Below are positions 49,453 through 62,216 of a stretch of DNA of 64,000 nt, piece after piece. The position numbers and the translations under genes are program-made. Origin of the DNA: Ignavibacteriota bacterium (lineage in GTDB: Bacteria; Bacteroidota; Ignavibacteria; UBA10030); NCBI GenBank assembly GCA_963778945.1, contig CAVZWL010000005.1, positions 70,544 through 134,543 on the forward strand, in the 5' to 3' direction. Positions within the stretch are counted from its first letter, which is position 1, and each line of letters begins with the position of its first letter. The notes under the pieces are model-generated. The model was given only the letters and a program-made list of their open reading frames with translations. It was not told the origin of the DNA and did no database searches.

Positions 49453-51762
49453 AGAGTACGAAGAAAAATCCGCTCACTCTACTTTGTCTTTTTATCCTGA
49501 TCGGTCTTCTGTCTTTTCACGCACGAACACAAACGTGGAAAAATTATACGTGCATGAAATCGGTCGCGGCAATGACAGTCTCCAATTCGACTCTTTGGGC
49601 AGCGACGGGCGGAGGTGTTTTCAGTTATACGCCTGCAAGCGGAATCATTAAACAATATAATAATTCCGAGGGAGTCCCTTCAAATAATCTTACTGCGATT
49701 GCCGTCGATACTGCACAGCGCATCTGGGTCGGCGGTTTGGACGGTTCAATCGGTGTGTATAACCAGGCCGGCGGCTCATGGACGGCCATCAGCGATATTA
49801 AGAATATCGATGCAACGATAAGGCCGCAAAAAAGGTATACAGGATTTTTTTATAAGCGGCGATACGATGTTCGTTGCTACGCAGTTCGGAGTTTCGGTGT
49901 TCCGGATTTCCGCCTGGAGTTTCGGTGATACGTATGCAAATTTCGGATTTTCTGCTTCACCGTCAGTAACGAAAGTTGCCGTTCAGGGCGGACGAATCTG
50001 GGTCGGGACGACATCAGGCATTGCATCGGCTTTGTTGGCTTCTCCATATCTCTCCGCGTCCGATCCGTGGACGACATACGGCCTTTCTTCCGTGCTTTCC
50101 TCATCGTCGGTTACGGCTTTGACTGTTTACAATAATACGCTCCTTGTCGGTACTTCCGCCGGCGCCGCGGCATTTGTTAATAATTCTTTTCAAACGGTCA
50201 GTGCGCTCAACGGCAAAAATATCGTTAAATTTCGGTTGTCCGACGATAAGCTAAAACTCTATGTGCTCTGCGCTCTTTCACCGGGTTTTGAAATCGATTC
50301 TCTCGCATCGCTCCAGTCTTCGGTGCAAAATATTGCATCGAATTCAATTCTCGCTGCAAACGATTTTGTCATTGCACAGGGAGCTTACACGGCTACATCG
50401 GCTTCAGGTATTGCAAGGCAGAACGGAACGGCATGGGAAACGATACTCCCCAACGGCCCGAATTCTAATGCTATGCCAAGCATTGCCATTGACTCGAGCG
50501 GCGTGCTCTGGGTCGGGACGCTTCCGAACGGAGGCGGAACCGGATTTTACCGCTTCGATCTTTCCCGCAGCGATACGGCAAGGTGGAAAATTTTTACAAG
50601 TTCTGTGTATCCCGTCATGCGTATGATACGCAATAATTCAATTTTCGACGACTATTATTGGGTTTCTCTAGGGACAAACGGAGCCGTATGGGTGAGTTCA
50701 TGGGGAGATGGAGTTTTGGAAGTGCAGGCCGATACAATCAAGCGGAAATACGATTATTATCTTAAGCCGTATCTGCCGGGTGCAACGGCAAAAGATCCGA
50801 ATTATGTCGTGACAGGCGGTGTTGCGGTCGATAACGAGGGAAACACATGGATTGCCAACCGGGACGAATATTCATCGCAGAGCATTCTCAAACTTACCGG
50901 CGATTCAACCGCCATCTATTATCCTAATGCGCTCAATTCCTCGGCGGCATTGTTCCACGGCCTTGTTATCGATCAAAACGATACAAAATGGATGGCAAAT
51001 TCCGTTCCTTCCGCTACTGCTGAAAAAGGATTGTTTTATCTGAATGAAAATAATGCGATTCCCGGAACGGTCAACGGCTGGGGCTACCTCTCTACATCCG
51101 ATGGGCTGCCTGACAATGCGGTACTTTCATTTGCGGTCGACCTGACTGGAAGTCTCTGGGTGGGAACGAGTCTGGGCGCAGCTATCATCTCCGATCCTTC
51201 GAACCCGAGCGGCAGCATTTCGACTGCTTACGCGCTTACGAGCCAGTTCGTGCAGTCGATTGTTGTGGATGCAATGAATAGAAAGTGGGTTGGAACTAAA
51301 GAGGGTGTCTTTTTAGTGAGTGCGGACGGAACACAGCTTCTGCAGCAGTATTCAGTCGAAAATACAGGCGGGATGCTGGCTGATGACGACGTTCGATCGA
51401 TTGCTCTCGACCAGAGAAGGGGTATAGCGTATTTTGGGACTGAGAATGGACTCTCCTCGCTCACTATCGGAGTTGTGCAAACACAGTCGGACTATACAAG
51501 TCTTAAAATTTATCCGAATCCGTTTTTGATCCCTGCCAATACTACTCTCACTATTCGTAACCTTGTTCCCAACAGTACGATTAAAATCCTGACGATAAGC
51601 GGTGTTTTAGTAGCGCAGTTCGATGCTCAAGGCGGAGGCCAGGCTACATGGGATGGAAAAAATTCCCGTGGAGCTCTCGTCCCGAGCGGCATCTACATTA
51701 TCGCTGCATTTACACAGGATAACAAAGCCGTTGCGGGAAAAGTCGCAGTCATACGTCATTAA
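49449..51762 (+). CDS. secreted two-component-regulator-propeller (Y_Y_Y-like) repeat protein with T9SS type-A C-terminal sorting domain; frameshift in an A6 run at 49828-49833
   Basis: A signal peptide precedes repeated W..T..GG / LWVGT beta-propeller units. The C-terminus has the T9SS sorting motif LKIYPNPF…IKILTISGVLVAQFD…GIYIIAAF. Confidence 0.75.
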
Positions 51763-51790
51763 AAAGAGAATGCGGTTTTTTTATTTTTCC

Positions 51791-52030
51791 TCAGTCCCGT
51801 GTTGCGCCATAAATAAAGGTACCCATAAATTCTGGAGTAGGAATATCCTTCTTGAAGCGATACCGAGGTAAAGGGTCGGTCTGTTTGACAATAGCATGGA
51901 TTTTCTTTTTCATCATGTTCTGGAGAATAAAAGGATTGAGTTTTGAGTAAGCGTCCTGCAACTTGGTTTTCAAGGTGGTATACGATTCGATAACGTTCTC
52001 GGATAGATTCAAGATATTCTCGTTTGCCAT
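51791..52030 (-). CDS. hypothetical 79-aa protein
   Basis: The product is protein-like and helical (MANENILNLSENVIESYTTLKTKLQDAYSKLNPFILQNMMKKK…). A competing overlapping frame exists. I recognised no family. Confidence 0.3.
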   Translation of the reverse strand: MANENILNLSENVIESYTTLKTKLQDAYSKLNPFILQNMMKKKIHAIVKQTDPLPRYRFKKDIPTPEFMGTFIYGATRD

Positions 52031-52266
52031 TGATTCCCATATATGTAACACTTTTTTTTCGGTTACCTCTATTATGAGTCAACGACTATTTCACAATACC
52101 TCTAACGTTACATTGTTTTTGAGTCCATACCATCCAACCTGTTTAAATAAATTATCCTTGATTTTCGGGAATATTCTGGATATATTATTACCCTTGTATA
52201 ATGTTTAGACTTAAAAGTTCTTTGAACGTTCTCGGAAAAGCATAGAAATACGAAGCATCGAGTTCA

Positions 52267-52780
52267 ATGGCAGAATTCAGAATCAATATTTCAAATCTTT
52301 CGGAAGGCATTCATGAGTATGTCTTTGAATCGGAGCGCTCAAACGATCGGCTTAGGGCCTGAATATAAGGGGCATCTACGGGTTCAGGCGACTCTTGAAA
52401 AAGGAAGACGGCAGATGCTGCTTCGTGTATCTGCAGCCGCTGGCGCTGAATTCATCTGCGACCGCTGTCTGGACACTTTTACGAGAAAACTTGAGACGAA
52501 GTACATTATAGTATATGCTCCCGGTGATCGGTCGATGGCCGGTGTGCAAAACGAGAGCAATGAAATCCAGATCCTTTCTCCGGATATGAATTTTATCGAC
52601 CTGGATGAGGATGTGCGCCAGTATCTCGTGCTCGATGTACCGCAGAAATTATTATGCAGCGAGGAATGCGAAGGTATTTGCCCTCAATGCGGAGCACGGA
52701 AGAATACGGCACATTGCCATTGTACGGCGGAAGAAATAGATACACGCTGGGAATCGCTCAAAAAACTTTCCGGCAATTAA
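52267..52780 (+). CDS. yceD: DUF177 / YceD-family protein (23S rRNA accumulation protein) with a 5'-proximal frameshift at about 52360
   Basis: The N-terminus MAEFRINISNLSEGIHEYVFE… is in the adjacent frame. The C-terminal Cys cluster (CDRCLD…CSEECEGICPQCG) is present, and the gene is in synteny with rpmF-plsX. Confidence 0.7.
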
Positions 52781-52804
52781 AGTTTATTAAAAAAGGAAAC
52801 ACTC

Positions 52805-52987
52805 ATGCCAAATCCAAAACGACGACATTCGAAAACGCGCGGACGCAAGCGCCGTACACATTATAAGGCAACAGCTCCCTCTTTGCATGAATGCCCGAAT
52901 TGCCATGAACCGAAACTGCAGCATCGCGCTTGCCCGCATTGCGGGTTTTATAACGGCCGATCTGTCGTCACACCCAAAGAAGCATAG
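52805..52987 (+). CDS. rpmF: 50S ribosomal protein L32
   Basis: The N-terminus [21 protein letters not shown]… and the C-terminal CxxC…CxxC are present. Confidence 0.85.
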   Translation: MPNPKRRHSKTRGRKRRTHYKATAPSLHECPNCHEPKLQHRACPHCGFYNGRSVVTPKEA

Positions 52988-53037
52988 AGTAGAAAGCCGT
53001 TCCGCGCACCGATCAAAAGACGCGCGGAGCGAGTTCC

Positions 53038-54072
53038 ATGGAATCCCCACAGAAATTTCGTATAGCAATCGATGCCATGGGTGGAGACTATGCTCCCGGG
53101 CATGAAGTAGAGGGCGCCGTCCAGGCGCTCCGGACCTATGGATCGACAATCGCTCTGACTCTCGTTGGAGATGAAAAAGCGATTCGGGCGGAACTTGCCC
53201 GCCTGGACGCAGGCGATCTGCCCTTGGAAATTATCCATACTTCTCAAATCATTACGATGGAAGATGCCCCCACTGCGGCTCTCAAACAAAAGAAAGATTC
53301 ATCTTTATCCGTGGGCATGCGCCTTCATCAAGAAAAAAAGGCGGATGCTTTTGTCAGCGCCGGAAACACAGGTGCGGTATTTTCTGCTGCTGTCTTGATT
53401 CTGGGACGAATCAAAGGGATCAGCCGGCCTACAATCGGCGCCTTTATCCCCTCTGAAGGAGGAGTTTGCTTTCTTGTCGATGCCGGAGCAAATATCGATT
53501 GCCGTGCCCAGCACCTCTATGAGTTCGCCTTGATGGGGAGTATTTATTCGAAGTATATTCTCAAAAAAGAAAATCCGCGCATCGGTTTGCTCAATGTCGG
53601 TGAAGAAAAAACGAAAGGGACATCTGTTGCACTGGAAGCATATGCGCTGCTTTCCTCCGGTTCGCTGAATTTTATCGGCAACGTCGAAGGAGGAGATATC
53701 CTGAAAATGAAAGCCGATGTTATCGTCTGCGACGGTTTTGTCGGCAATATTGTGCTGAAATTCGGCGAAAGTGTTCCCGGCTTTTTAAAAAAACGCCTCA
53801 AACGATTTTCCCAAAAGGGACTCTTTGAAAAGATTTCCACTGCCATGTCGCTCTGGCCGCTGAAATCCTCTTTACATGATCTTGACCCGAACGAATCCGG
53901 CGGAGTACCCGTGCTCGGAGTCAACGGTGTTGCCGTCATCGGCCACGGCAGCGCATCGCCAAAGGGCATTAAAAATATGATTTTATGCGCCGCAGAAGTT
54001 GCACGATTAGAAGTAAATCGCCATATTGAATCTTCGTTGTCCGGCGTTCATTTAACATCACCGCAATCCTGA
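53038..54072 (+). CDS. plsX: phosphate acyltransferase PlsX
   Basis: The PlsX motifs are present (IAIDAMGGDYAP, FVSAGNTGA, GNVEG). Confidence 0.85.
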   Translation: MESPQKFRIAIDAMGGDYAPGHEVEGAVQALRTYGSTIALTLVGDEKAIRAELARLDAGDLPLEIIHTSQIITMEDAPTAALKQKKDSSLSVGMRLHQEKKADAFVSAGNTGAVFSAAVLILGRIKGISRPTIGAFIPSEGGVCFLVDAGANIDCRAQHLYEFALMGSIYSKYILKKENPRIGLLNVGEEKTKGTSVALEAYALLSSGSLNFIGNVEGGDILKMKADVIVCDGFVGNIVLKFGESVPGFLKKRLKRFSQKGLFEKISTAMSLWPLKSSLHDLDPNESGGVPVLGVNGVAVIGHGSASPKGIKNMILCAAEVARLEVNRHIESSLSGVHLTSPQS

Positions 54073-54084
54073 AGTATAAACTGA

Positions 54085-55098
54085 ATGAGTAAATTAAAAG
54101 CAGCAATAACAGCAGTCGGTCATTATGTACCGGAAAACGTTTTGACGAATTCCGACCTTGAAAAAATGGTAAAGACAACCGACGAGTGGATCGTAACCCG
54201 AACCGGTATTCACGAGCGCCGGATTCAGAAAGAAGGCGCGACATCCGATCTTGCATACCGTGCGGCTGAGACCGTTCTACAGAATCGTAATATCGGTCCG
54301 GACGAAATCGATTTGATTATCGTAGCGACTGTGACTCCGGATATGATATTTCCGCCGACTGCATGTCTCGTTCAAACGAAATTAGGCGCCGATAAGGCGT
54401 GGGGATTCGACCTCTCGGCGGCATGTTCGGGTTTTTTGTTTGCCCTGAACGTCGGAAGCCGTTTCATTGAATCGGGAGCGCATAAAAAAGTTCTCGTGAT
54501 CGGTGCGGATAAAATGAGCGCCATTACGGATTATACCGATCGAAATACATGTATATTATTCGGAGATGCGGCTGCCGCAGTGCTGCTCGAGCCGTCGCAG
54601 GAAGAAGAGTTCGGTATTCTGGATCAAGTTATGTACTGCGACGGCGCAGGTGCAGGCGCTCTTCACATGAAAGCCGGCGGAAGCCTTTACCCTCCGACGC
54701 ACGAAACCATCGATAAACGCATGCATTATGTTTATCAAGATGGGAAAACCGTTTTTAAAAAAGCAGTCGTGTCCATGGCGGACGTCGCTGCTGAGATCAT
54801 GGAACGGAATCATCTTGCCGGCAGCGATGTATCCTGGCTTGTACCGCATCAGGCGAATCTGCGGATTATCGATGCAACAGCGCAGCGTATGGGAATCGAC
54901 CGCAGCAAGGTGATGATCAACATCGAAAAATACGGCAATACAACTGCAGCTACGGTTCCTCTGTGTCTTTCGGAATGGTGGTTGAACGGGTCTTTGAAGC
55001 GCGGTCAAAACATTATTCTTGCAACATTCGGCGCCGGATACACATGGGGCGCAGCATATATCCGCTGGTCTATGGCGAATCCGGCGGGTCGTGCATGA
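54085..55098 (+). CDS. fabH: 3-oxoacyl-ACP synthase III
   Basis: The active-site Cys (AACSGF), His and Asn regions (…VPHQAN…GNTTAAT…) are present and the N-terminal pattern matches FabH. Confidence 0.85.
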   Translation: MSKLKAAITAVGHYVPENVLTNSDLEKMVKTTDEWIVTRTGIHERRIQKEGATSDLAYRAAETVLQNRNIGPDEIDLIIVATVTPDMIFPPTACLVQTKLGADKAWGFDLSAACSGFLFALNVGSRFIESGAHKKVLVIGADKMSAITDYTDRNTCILFGDAAAAVLLEPSQEEEFGILDQVMYCDGAGAGALHMKAGGSLYPPTHETIDKRMHYVYQDGKTVFKKAVVSMADVAAEIMERNHLAGSDVSWLVPHQANLRIIDATAQRMGIDRSKVMINIEKYGNTTAATVPLCLSEWWLNGSLKRGQNIILATFGAGYTWGAAYIRWSMANPAGRA

Positions 55099-56000
55099 GC
55101 ATTGCCTATGTGTTCCCCGGACAGGGTTCGCAATATGTCGGTATGGGAAAAGATTTGTATGAAAGCAGTGCGCTGGCAAAATCACTGTAGACTCAGGCGG
55201 ACGATCTTCTTCAATTTCCATTGAGCCGGATATGTTTTGAAGGTCCTGAAGAAGAGCTGAAAAAAACACAGAACACGCAGCCGGCGATTTTTATACAGAG
55301 TATTGTGCTTGTCCGTCTGATGCGGGATGCTGCACCGTCCATGGCAGCGGGACATTCACTGGGCGAGTATTCGGCTCTCGTTGCCGCCGGAGCATTGACA
55401 TTCGAAGACGGTTTGAAGCTTGTCCGCCTCCGCGGAGAATTAATGCAGCGGGCAGGATCGGAAAATCCCGGAACGATGGCAGCCGTTATCGGGTTGGACG
55501 GAAAAACAGTCCTGGAAATTTGTGCGGAAGCTTCTGCCGCAGGAATCGTTCAGCCGGCGAATTATAATTCGCCGGGACAGGTCGTTCTCTCCGGGTCGGT
55601 TTCCGGTGTGCGGCGGGCGATGGAGCTTGCGAAAATGCGCGGCGCAAAACTTGTCAAAGAATTGATCGTCAGCGGCGCTTTTCATTCGCCGCTGATGGAA
55701 TCGGCCGCTGCCGGATTGAAAGCCGGATTGGATCAGGCTGATTTTCGCGACGCATCGATTCCTGTCTATGCAAATGTTACAGCCCGGCCGGAACTGAAAG
55801 CGGAGAAGATACGGTCGCTGCTGCTCGAACAATTGACCAGTCCTGTCCGCTGGGAAGAAAGCATCCTGGCAATGGCCGCCGCGGGCGCAGCATCATTTGT
55901 TGAAGTAGGTCCCGGAAAAGTTTTACAGGGTCTTGTAAAACGAATTGCACCTGCAGCCGCGACTGCAGGACGGGATAAATTTTCAGACATCGAAGCATAA
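55095..56000 (+). CDS. fabD: malonyl-CoA:ACP transacylase with a frameshift at about 55190-55220
   Basis: The N-terminus (MSIAYVFPGQGSQYVGMGKDLY) is in one frame and overlaps the fabH stop (ATGA). The body, with the GHSLGEY active site, is in another. Confidence 0.8.
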
Positions 56001-56011
56001 GGAAAAGGAAC

Positions 56012-56758
56012 ATGGCATCCTTAGAAAATAAAAACATATTGATTACCGGAGGATCGCGCGGGATAGGCAAAGCCATCGCTCTTGCATTTGCGGCGGAAAA
56101 AGCGAATGTGGCTTTTACCTACAAAAGCGCTGCATCTGCCGCAGAAGAAGTTAAAAAAGAAATTGAAACTCATGGAGTCAAAGCGCTCTCAATCCAATCC
56201 GATGCGAAAGATTTTGCCGCTGCACAGGCGGCAGTCGATTCCGTGATAAAGGAATTTCAGCGCATCGATGTTCTTGTCAATAACGCCGGTATCACGAAGG
56301 ACGGACTTTTGATGCGCATGTCGGAGCAGGATTGGGACGATGTGATTGATACGAATTTAAAGAGCGCCTTTAATTTTTCAAAAGCGGTCTGCCGCCCGAT
56401 GATGGCTCAGCGCCAGGGTGCAATCGTGAATATTTCCTCAATTTCGGGGGTTATAGGGAATGCCGGGCAGGTAAACTATTCTGCAGCGAAAGCCGGATTA
56501 ATCGGTCTGACAAAAACACTTGCAAAAGAGCTGGCTTCTCGCAATATTCAAGTAAACGCGGTTGCTCCCGGGTTTGTCGATACCGATATGACGGGAAAAT
56601 TATCGGTACAGCAAAAGGAGGCTTTGCTGAATGTCATTCCTATGAAGCGTACTGCAAAACCCGAGGAGATCGCGCAAGTAGTCGTATTCCTTGCATCACC
56701 CGCGGCGTCATACATGACAGGTCAGGTACTGTGTGTCGACGGCGGATTAGTTATGTAA
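56012..56758 (+). CDS. fabG: 3-oxoacyl-ACP reductase (SDR)
   Basis: The SDR motifs TGGSRGIGKA, NNAG and YSAAK are present, as is the C-terminal GQVLCVDGG. Confidence 0.85.
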   Translation: MASLENKNILITGGSRGIGKAIALAFAAEKANVAFTYKSAASAAEEVKKEIETHGVKALSIQSDAKDFAAAQAAVDSVIKEFQRIDVLVNNAGITKDGLLMRMSEQDWDDVIDTNLKSAFNFSKAVCRPMMAQRQGAIVNISSISGVIGNAGQVNYSAAKAGLIGLTKTLAKELASRNIQVNAVAPGFVDTDMTGKLSVQQKEALLNVIPMKRTAKPEEIAQVVVFLASPAASYMTGQVLCVDGGLVM

Positions 56759-56810
56759 ACGAAGTTCCATTTTTTTTAAATCAATACTATACATATAAGG
56801 AGAAAAAACA

Positions 56811-57047
56811 ATGGCAGATACTGCAGAGAAAGTGAAAGAAATTATCGTCTCCAAACTTGGAGTCGATGCAGCGCAGGTTACACCTGAAGCTTCTTTCACA
56901 AACGATCTTGGCGCAGATTCACTCGATACCGTCGAGCTGGTGATGGAATTTGAGAAAGCTTTCAACATCCAGATTCCGGATGAAGATGCCGAGAAGATCG
57001 CATCCGTTGGCGACGTGATCAATTACCTGAAAGCCAAAGGAATATAA
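56811..57047 (+). CDS. acpP: acyl carrier protein
   Basis: The protein is 78 aa and carries the DLGADSLD phosphopantetheine site. Confidence 0.9.
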   Translation: MADTAEKVKEIIVSKLGVDAAQVTPEASFTNDLGADSLDTVELVMEFEKAFNIQIPDEDAEKIASVGDVINYLKAKGI

Positions 57048-57130
57048 TCGGATATTTCTCAGCAGGAGGCTGTCGGAGACACCGTCAGCCTCTGCAAGGC
57101 TTTTAAAAATACCGCAAAGGAAACAGAGAT

Positions 57131-58392
57131 ATGGGATTCGGTGGAACACAACGGCGAGTCGTAGTGACAGGAATGGGCGTGCTTACACCTATCGGAAATT
57201 CCGTCCAGGAATATTGGCAGGCATTACTGGCAGGCAAAAGCGGGGCGGCGCCGATTACCTCGTTTCGACACCGAAAAATATGAAACAAAGTTTGCCTGTG
57301 AATTGAAGGGGTTCGATCCGCTGAAATTTTTAGACAGGAAGACAGCGCAGCGAGTGGATCCGTTCACGCAATATGGACTTGTAGCGTGTCAGGAAGCTGT
57401 GAAAGATTCCGGGATCGATTTTGAGAAAGAAGACCGCGAGCGTATCGGAGTTATTTATGGTTCGGGCATCGGAGGCATGTGGACGTACCATAAACAATTC
57501 ATGAATCTGGTAGAAGCTAATGGGCCGACCCACCTCAGCCCGTTCTTCATTCCCATGCTTATTCCGGACATCGCTGCAGGAAGAATTTCGATGATTTACG
57601 GTCTCAAAGGACCGAATTTTGCAGTCGTGTCTGCCTGTGCGACTTCGTCTCATTCCATCGGCAACGCCGCCATTTTAATTCAACGCGGTGATGTGGATGT
57701 GATGGTTTCCGGCGGAGGTGAAGCTGCTATTTGCCCCATGGGTATAGGCGGTTTTAATGCTCTCAAAGCGCTTTCAACACGTAATGATGCGCCGCAGAAA
57801 GCGAGCCGTGCCGTTCGATAAGGATCGGGACGGTTTTGTCATGGGAGAAGGAGCGGGCATTCTCATTCTGGAAGAACTGGGTCATGCCGTTCGCCGCGGA
57901 GCAAAAATTTATGCAGAACTTTCGGGAATCGGATTTACTGCCGACGCGCATCATATTACAGAACCGGCTCCCGGCGGTGAAGGCGCTGTGCGGTCGATGC
58001 GGATGGCGCTGCGCGACGCCGGGTTGACGCCGGAAGAAGTCGATCATGTCAATACACACGGGACATCGACGCCGGTCGGCGACAGGTCGGAAACGGCAGC
58101 GCTGAAAACGGTATTCGGCGCTCATGCAAAAGCATTAGCGGTCAATTCAACAAAGTCGATGACTGGCCACCTCCTCGGTGCGGCGGGTGCCGTCGAGGCG
58201 GTTGCCACCATTATGGCGATTCAATCAAACAAGGTGCACCCGACAATCAATCTGGAAACGCCCGATCCGGAATGCGATCTGAATTATATTCCGAACAAGG
58301 CGCAAGACTGGAAGATCGACACGGCCGTCAGCAATACATTCGGATTCGGCGGCCATAACGCGAGCCTTCTTTTCCGCAGATACGAGCACTGA
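57131..58392 (+). CDS. fabF: 3-oxoacyl-ACP synthase II with 2 frameshifts (about 57258 and about 57790)
   Basis: Three colinear fragments match FabF: the N-terminus ([16 protein letters not shown]…), the active-site Cys region ([14 protein letters not shown]) and the C-terminus (…[13 protein letters not shown]…GHLLGAAG…FGFGGHN). Confidence 0.85.
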
Positions 58393-58431
58393 CCCTTTCC
58401 GGCAGAATGTGAAAGGGCGGAGAATGTTCAC

Positions 58432-59239
58432 TTGACGCAAACAGTGAATCAGATTCGCAGCCGATTTCAATTACTTCGATTAACAATTCTTTCCCGCGAT
58501 GCGCAGCTCAAGGAATTGATCCGGCATTTGCGGGATAAGGGTTTTGATTTCGCAAGATTTCAAACGACACTCGGCTATCATCCGCGAGACTGGCGGCATA
58601 TGCTTCAGGCCCTGGTCCATCGTTCCTACCTCCAATTTCTTTCTTTTGAATGGGAATCCAATGAACGCCTCGAGTTTTTGGGGGATTCAATTCTAAATTT
58701 TGTCGTTGCCGAAAAGCTTATATCTTCTCTATCCCAATAAAGAGGAGGGATACCTGACCAAAGTGCGTTCCCGGCTGGTCAACAGGAAAATACTTGCACT
58801 GCATGCACGCGATCTTCAGCTCGCCGATTATCTTCTGTTGAGTCACAGCGCCGCTCAATCGATCGGCAATGGTTCGGAGTCCATCTTGGCCGATGCATTC
58901 GAAGCGGTGATCGGTGCGCTCTATCTCGACGGCGGTCTGGAAGTGGCGGGTCAGTTCGTGCGGGATAAACTTCTGAACGATTTGGACAGCGTTATGCTCG
59001 ACGACAATTATAAAAGCACACTGCTCGAATATGCACAGGCGCACGGTCTCGACATACCGCGTTATAATGTTGTCAAAGAAGAAGGCCCCGAACATGACAG
59101 GCGGTTTACCTGCGAAGTCTGTCTCGGCCATCAGCCGTACGGTTCCGGAACAGGCCGGAGCAAAAAAGAGGCGGAACAATTAGCTGCAGCCGAGGCATTA
59201 AAGACAATTGAAATATCTCACATTTCGGAAGAGAAATAG
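58432..59239 (+). CDS. rnc: ribonuclease III with a frameshift at about 58720
   Basis: The signature box ERLEFLGDS is in the first frame. The catalytic Glu region (DAFEAVIGALYLD) and the dsRBD are in the second. The start is uncertain (TTG at 58432 or GTG at 58444). Confidence 0.75.
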
Positions 59240-59251
59240 AAAAATTAACGT

Positions 59252-62148
59252 ATGGACATAACAATAAAGAATAATGAATTTTTAAAACGTCATATCGGCC
59301 CGCAGGAAAGCGATCTTGCTGAAATGCTTTCGGCTGTCGGAGTCGATTCATTGGATCGCCTCATTGACGAGACCGTGCCGAAGAGTATCTTGACTGCTGC
59401 AAGCCCGGAGAACGAAGAGCCGAAGACGGAATACGAAATTTTAAACGATCTTCGCGTTCTTGCAGGCAGGAATACCGTCCTCAAATCATATCTCGGCCAG
59501 GGTTATTATCGGTGTATCGTGCCGAGTGCAGTCCGGAGAAACGTTTTTGAAAATCCGGGATGGTACACGCAATATACGCCGTATCAGCCGGAGATTTCAC
59601 AGGGGCGGCTGGAAGCGCTGCTGAATTACCAGACCATGGTGGCTGATATGACCGGAATGCCGGTCGCCAATGCGTCGCTTCTCGATGAAGGCACTGCAGC
59701 GGCCGAAGCGATGAGCATGGCGTACGGCCTGGTCAATAAAACTCCGGACTCATCTGCAAACAAATTTTTTGTTTCATCACGCTGCTTCCGTCAGACCATC
59801 GATGTCGTCCTCTCGCGGGCAGTTCCACACGGCATTGAAATCGTCGTCGGTAATCCCGGCACGGTGGAATTTGACGGATCCTTTTTCGGCGCGCTGATAC
59901 AATATCCCGCGGAAGACGGTTCTGTTTCCGATCACCGCAGATTTATAGAAAAAGTTCACCAAGCAGGCGCCATCGCAATTGTTGCAGCCGACTTGCTCGC
60001 TCTTGCACTTCTTGTTCCCCCCGGCGAAATGGGCGCGGACATCGTGGTCGGCAGTACGCAGCGATTCGGTTTGCCGCTCGGCTATGGCGGGCCGCATGCC
60101 GGGTATCTTCGCCGTCAAAAACGAATATATACGCAGCATGCCGGGACGAATTATCGGTGTGTCGATCGATGCGCAGAACAACCGAGCATACAGAATGGCG
60201 CTTCAGACGCGGGAGCAGCACATCCGGCGTGAAAAAGCGACGTCGAATATATGCACGGCTCAGGCGCTTTTGGCGATCATGTCCGGCTTTTATGCGGTCT
60301 ATCATGGTCCTGACGGAATCCGGGAAATCGCTGCCCGTATTCACCGTCTTGCAAAAGTCATGGACGGGGAGTTATTAAAGTGCGGCTACGGGCAGTCGAA
60401 CGAAATGTATTTCGACACGCTTCGCATAGAGACGGAAAATAAAAAACAGGCGATGACAATCGTCGAGCTTGCACGTGAGGCGGGTTACAATCTCCGGTTT
60501 GTAGAAGATAAATATATCGGCATCTCGCTCGATGAGACCACGACGCTCGAAGACGTCGAAGCGGTCGTTAGTATTTTTGGAAAAGTAAAAAATAATCCGG
60601 TCCGAAACGTTTCGTATATCAATCAATTCCGCCTGGCGGTTGTCTCGTTTCCTTCTTCTTTGAAGCGCACTTCGCCTTATTTGCAGCATCCCGTGTTTCA
60701 TGCGTATCATTCGGAAACGGCTCTCATGCGGTATATCAAAAGTCTCGAGAATAAAGATCTGTCGCTCACAGCTTCCATGATTCCGCTCGGATCGTGCACG
60801 ATGAAACTGAATGCGGCTGCAGAGTTGTATCCGCTCAGCTGGAGGGAATTCGCCGATCTGCATCCGTTCGTTCCTCAGGAGCAGGCTGCAGGGTACAGGA
60901 GCATTTTTTCGGAACTTGAAAGAATACTCTGCAAGGCGACAGGTTTTGCAGCGGCCTCCCTTCAGCCGAATTCCGGAGCACAGGGAGAATTTACCGGACT
61001 GATGGTTATACGGGCATTTCATCACGATCACGGTCAGTCACGGCGGAACGTCGTTCTTATTCCTGCCTCCGCACATGGGACGAATCCTGCCAGCGCGGTG
61101 ATGGCGGGAATGCAGGTTGTTGTCGTTGCATGCGATGCGAACGGCAATATCGATGTGGACGATCTTCAAAGGAAGTCCGTACAATATAAGGACACGCTCG
61201 CCGCACTGATGGTAACTTACCCGTCGACGCACGGAGTATTTGAAGAACGCATCAAGGAAATTTGCGGGATCATTCACAGCAGCGGGGGGCTTGTCTATAT
61301 GGACGGAGCAAACCTCAACGCGCAAGTTGGACTCACAAGCCCTGGATCGATCGGTGCGGATGTCTGTCATGTCAATCTCCATAAAACATTCGCCATACCG
61401 CACGGCGGCGGCGGTCCCGGTGTAGGTCCGATTTGCGTTGCGAGGAATCTTGCGGAATATTTGCCGGGGCATTCGGTGGTTCCGCTGGGCGGCAAGAAAT
61501 CGATCCATGCCAGTTTCCTCTGCTCCCTGGGGAAGCGCAAGCATTTTGCTCATCTCGTATGCATACTGTAAAATGCTCGCTCCTGCCGGTCTCAGAGAAG
61601 CTACGCGTTATGCTATTCTCAACGCGAATTATTTAAAATCGAAATTGGAGAAATTGTATCCTGTACTGTATCAAGGCGCTCAAAACCGTGTCGCCCATGA
61701 GTTCATTCTGAATATGAAACCGCTGAAAGACGCATCGGGTGTCGACGTGGAAGACATTGCAAAGCGCTTGATGGATTTCGGATTTCATGCGCCTACGGTT
61801 TCTTTCCCGGTTGCGGGGACTTTAATGATCGAACCGACGGAGAGCGAGCCGAAGGCGGAGCTGGATCGATTTATAGAAGCGATGACGGTTATTCGCAAAG
61901 AGATTCAGAATATCGTCGACGGCATTTCGGATAAAAAAGATAATCCGCTCAAGTCTGCGCCGCACACGGCTGCTGCCGTCGCAAGCGAGACCTGGCCGCA
62001 TGCATATTCGCGCCTTCAGGCGGCTTTTCCCGTGCCGGGATTGGAAAAACAAAAATACTGGCCGCCGGTTGGACGTCTCAATAATACATACGGCGACAGA
62101 AATGTCATCTGCACCTGTCCTCCGATAGAGGAATATGCAAAATCGTAA
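59252..62148 (+). CDS. gcvP: glycine dehydrogenase (decarboxylating), single-chain P protein, with at least 3 frameshifts (about 60100, about 61440-61570)
   Basis: The N-terminal half, the PLP-binding region and the C-terminal half are found in three overlapping ORFs that align colinearly to GcvP (…[22 protein letters not shown]…, …[17 protein letters not shown]…, …[22 protein letters not shown]…). Confidence 0.85.
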
Positions 62149-62216
62149 ACATCTACGCGCCGTCGGACAGCGGCGCAGAGCGGGAATCGAGCACACAATC
62201 GGACGAAAGGCCGGGC

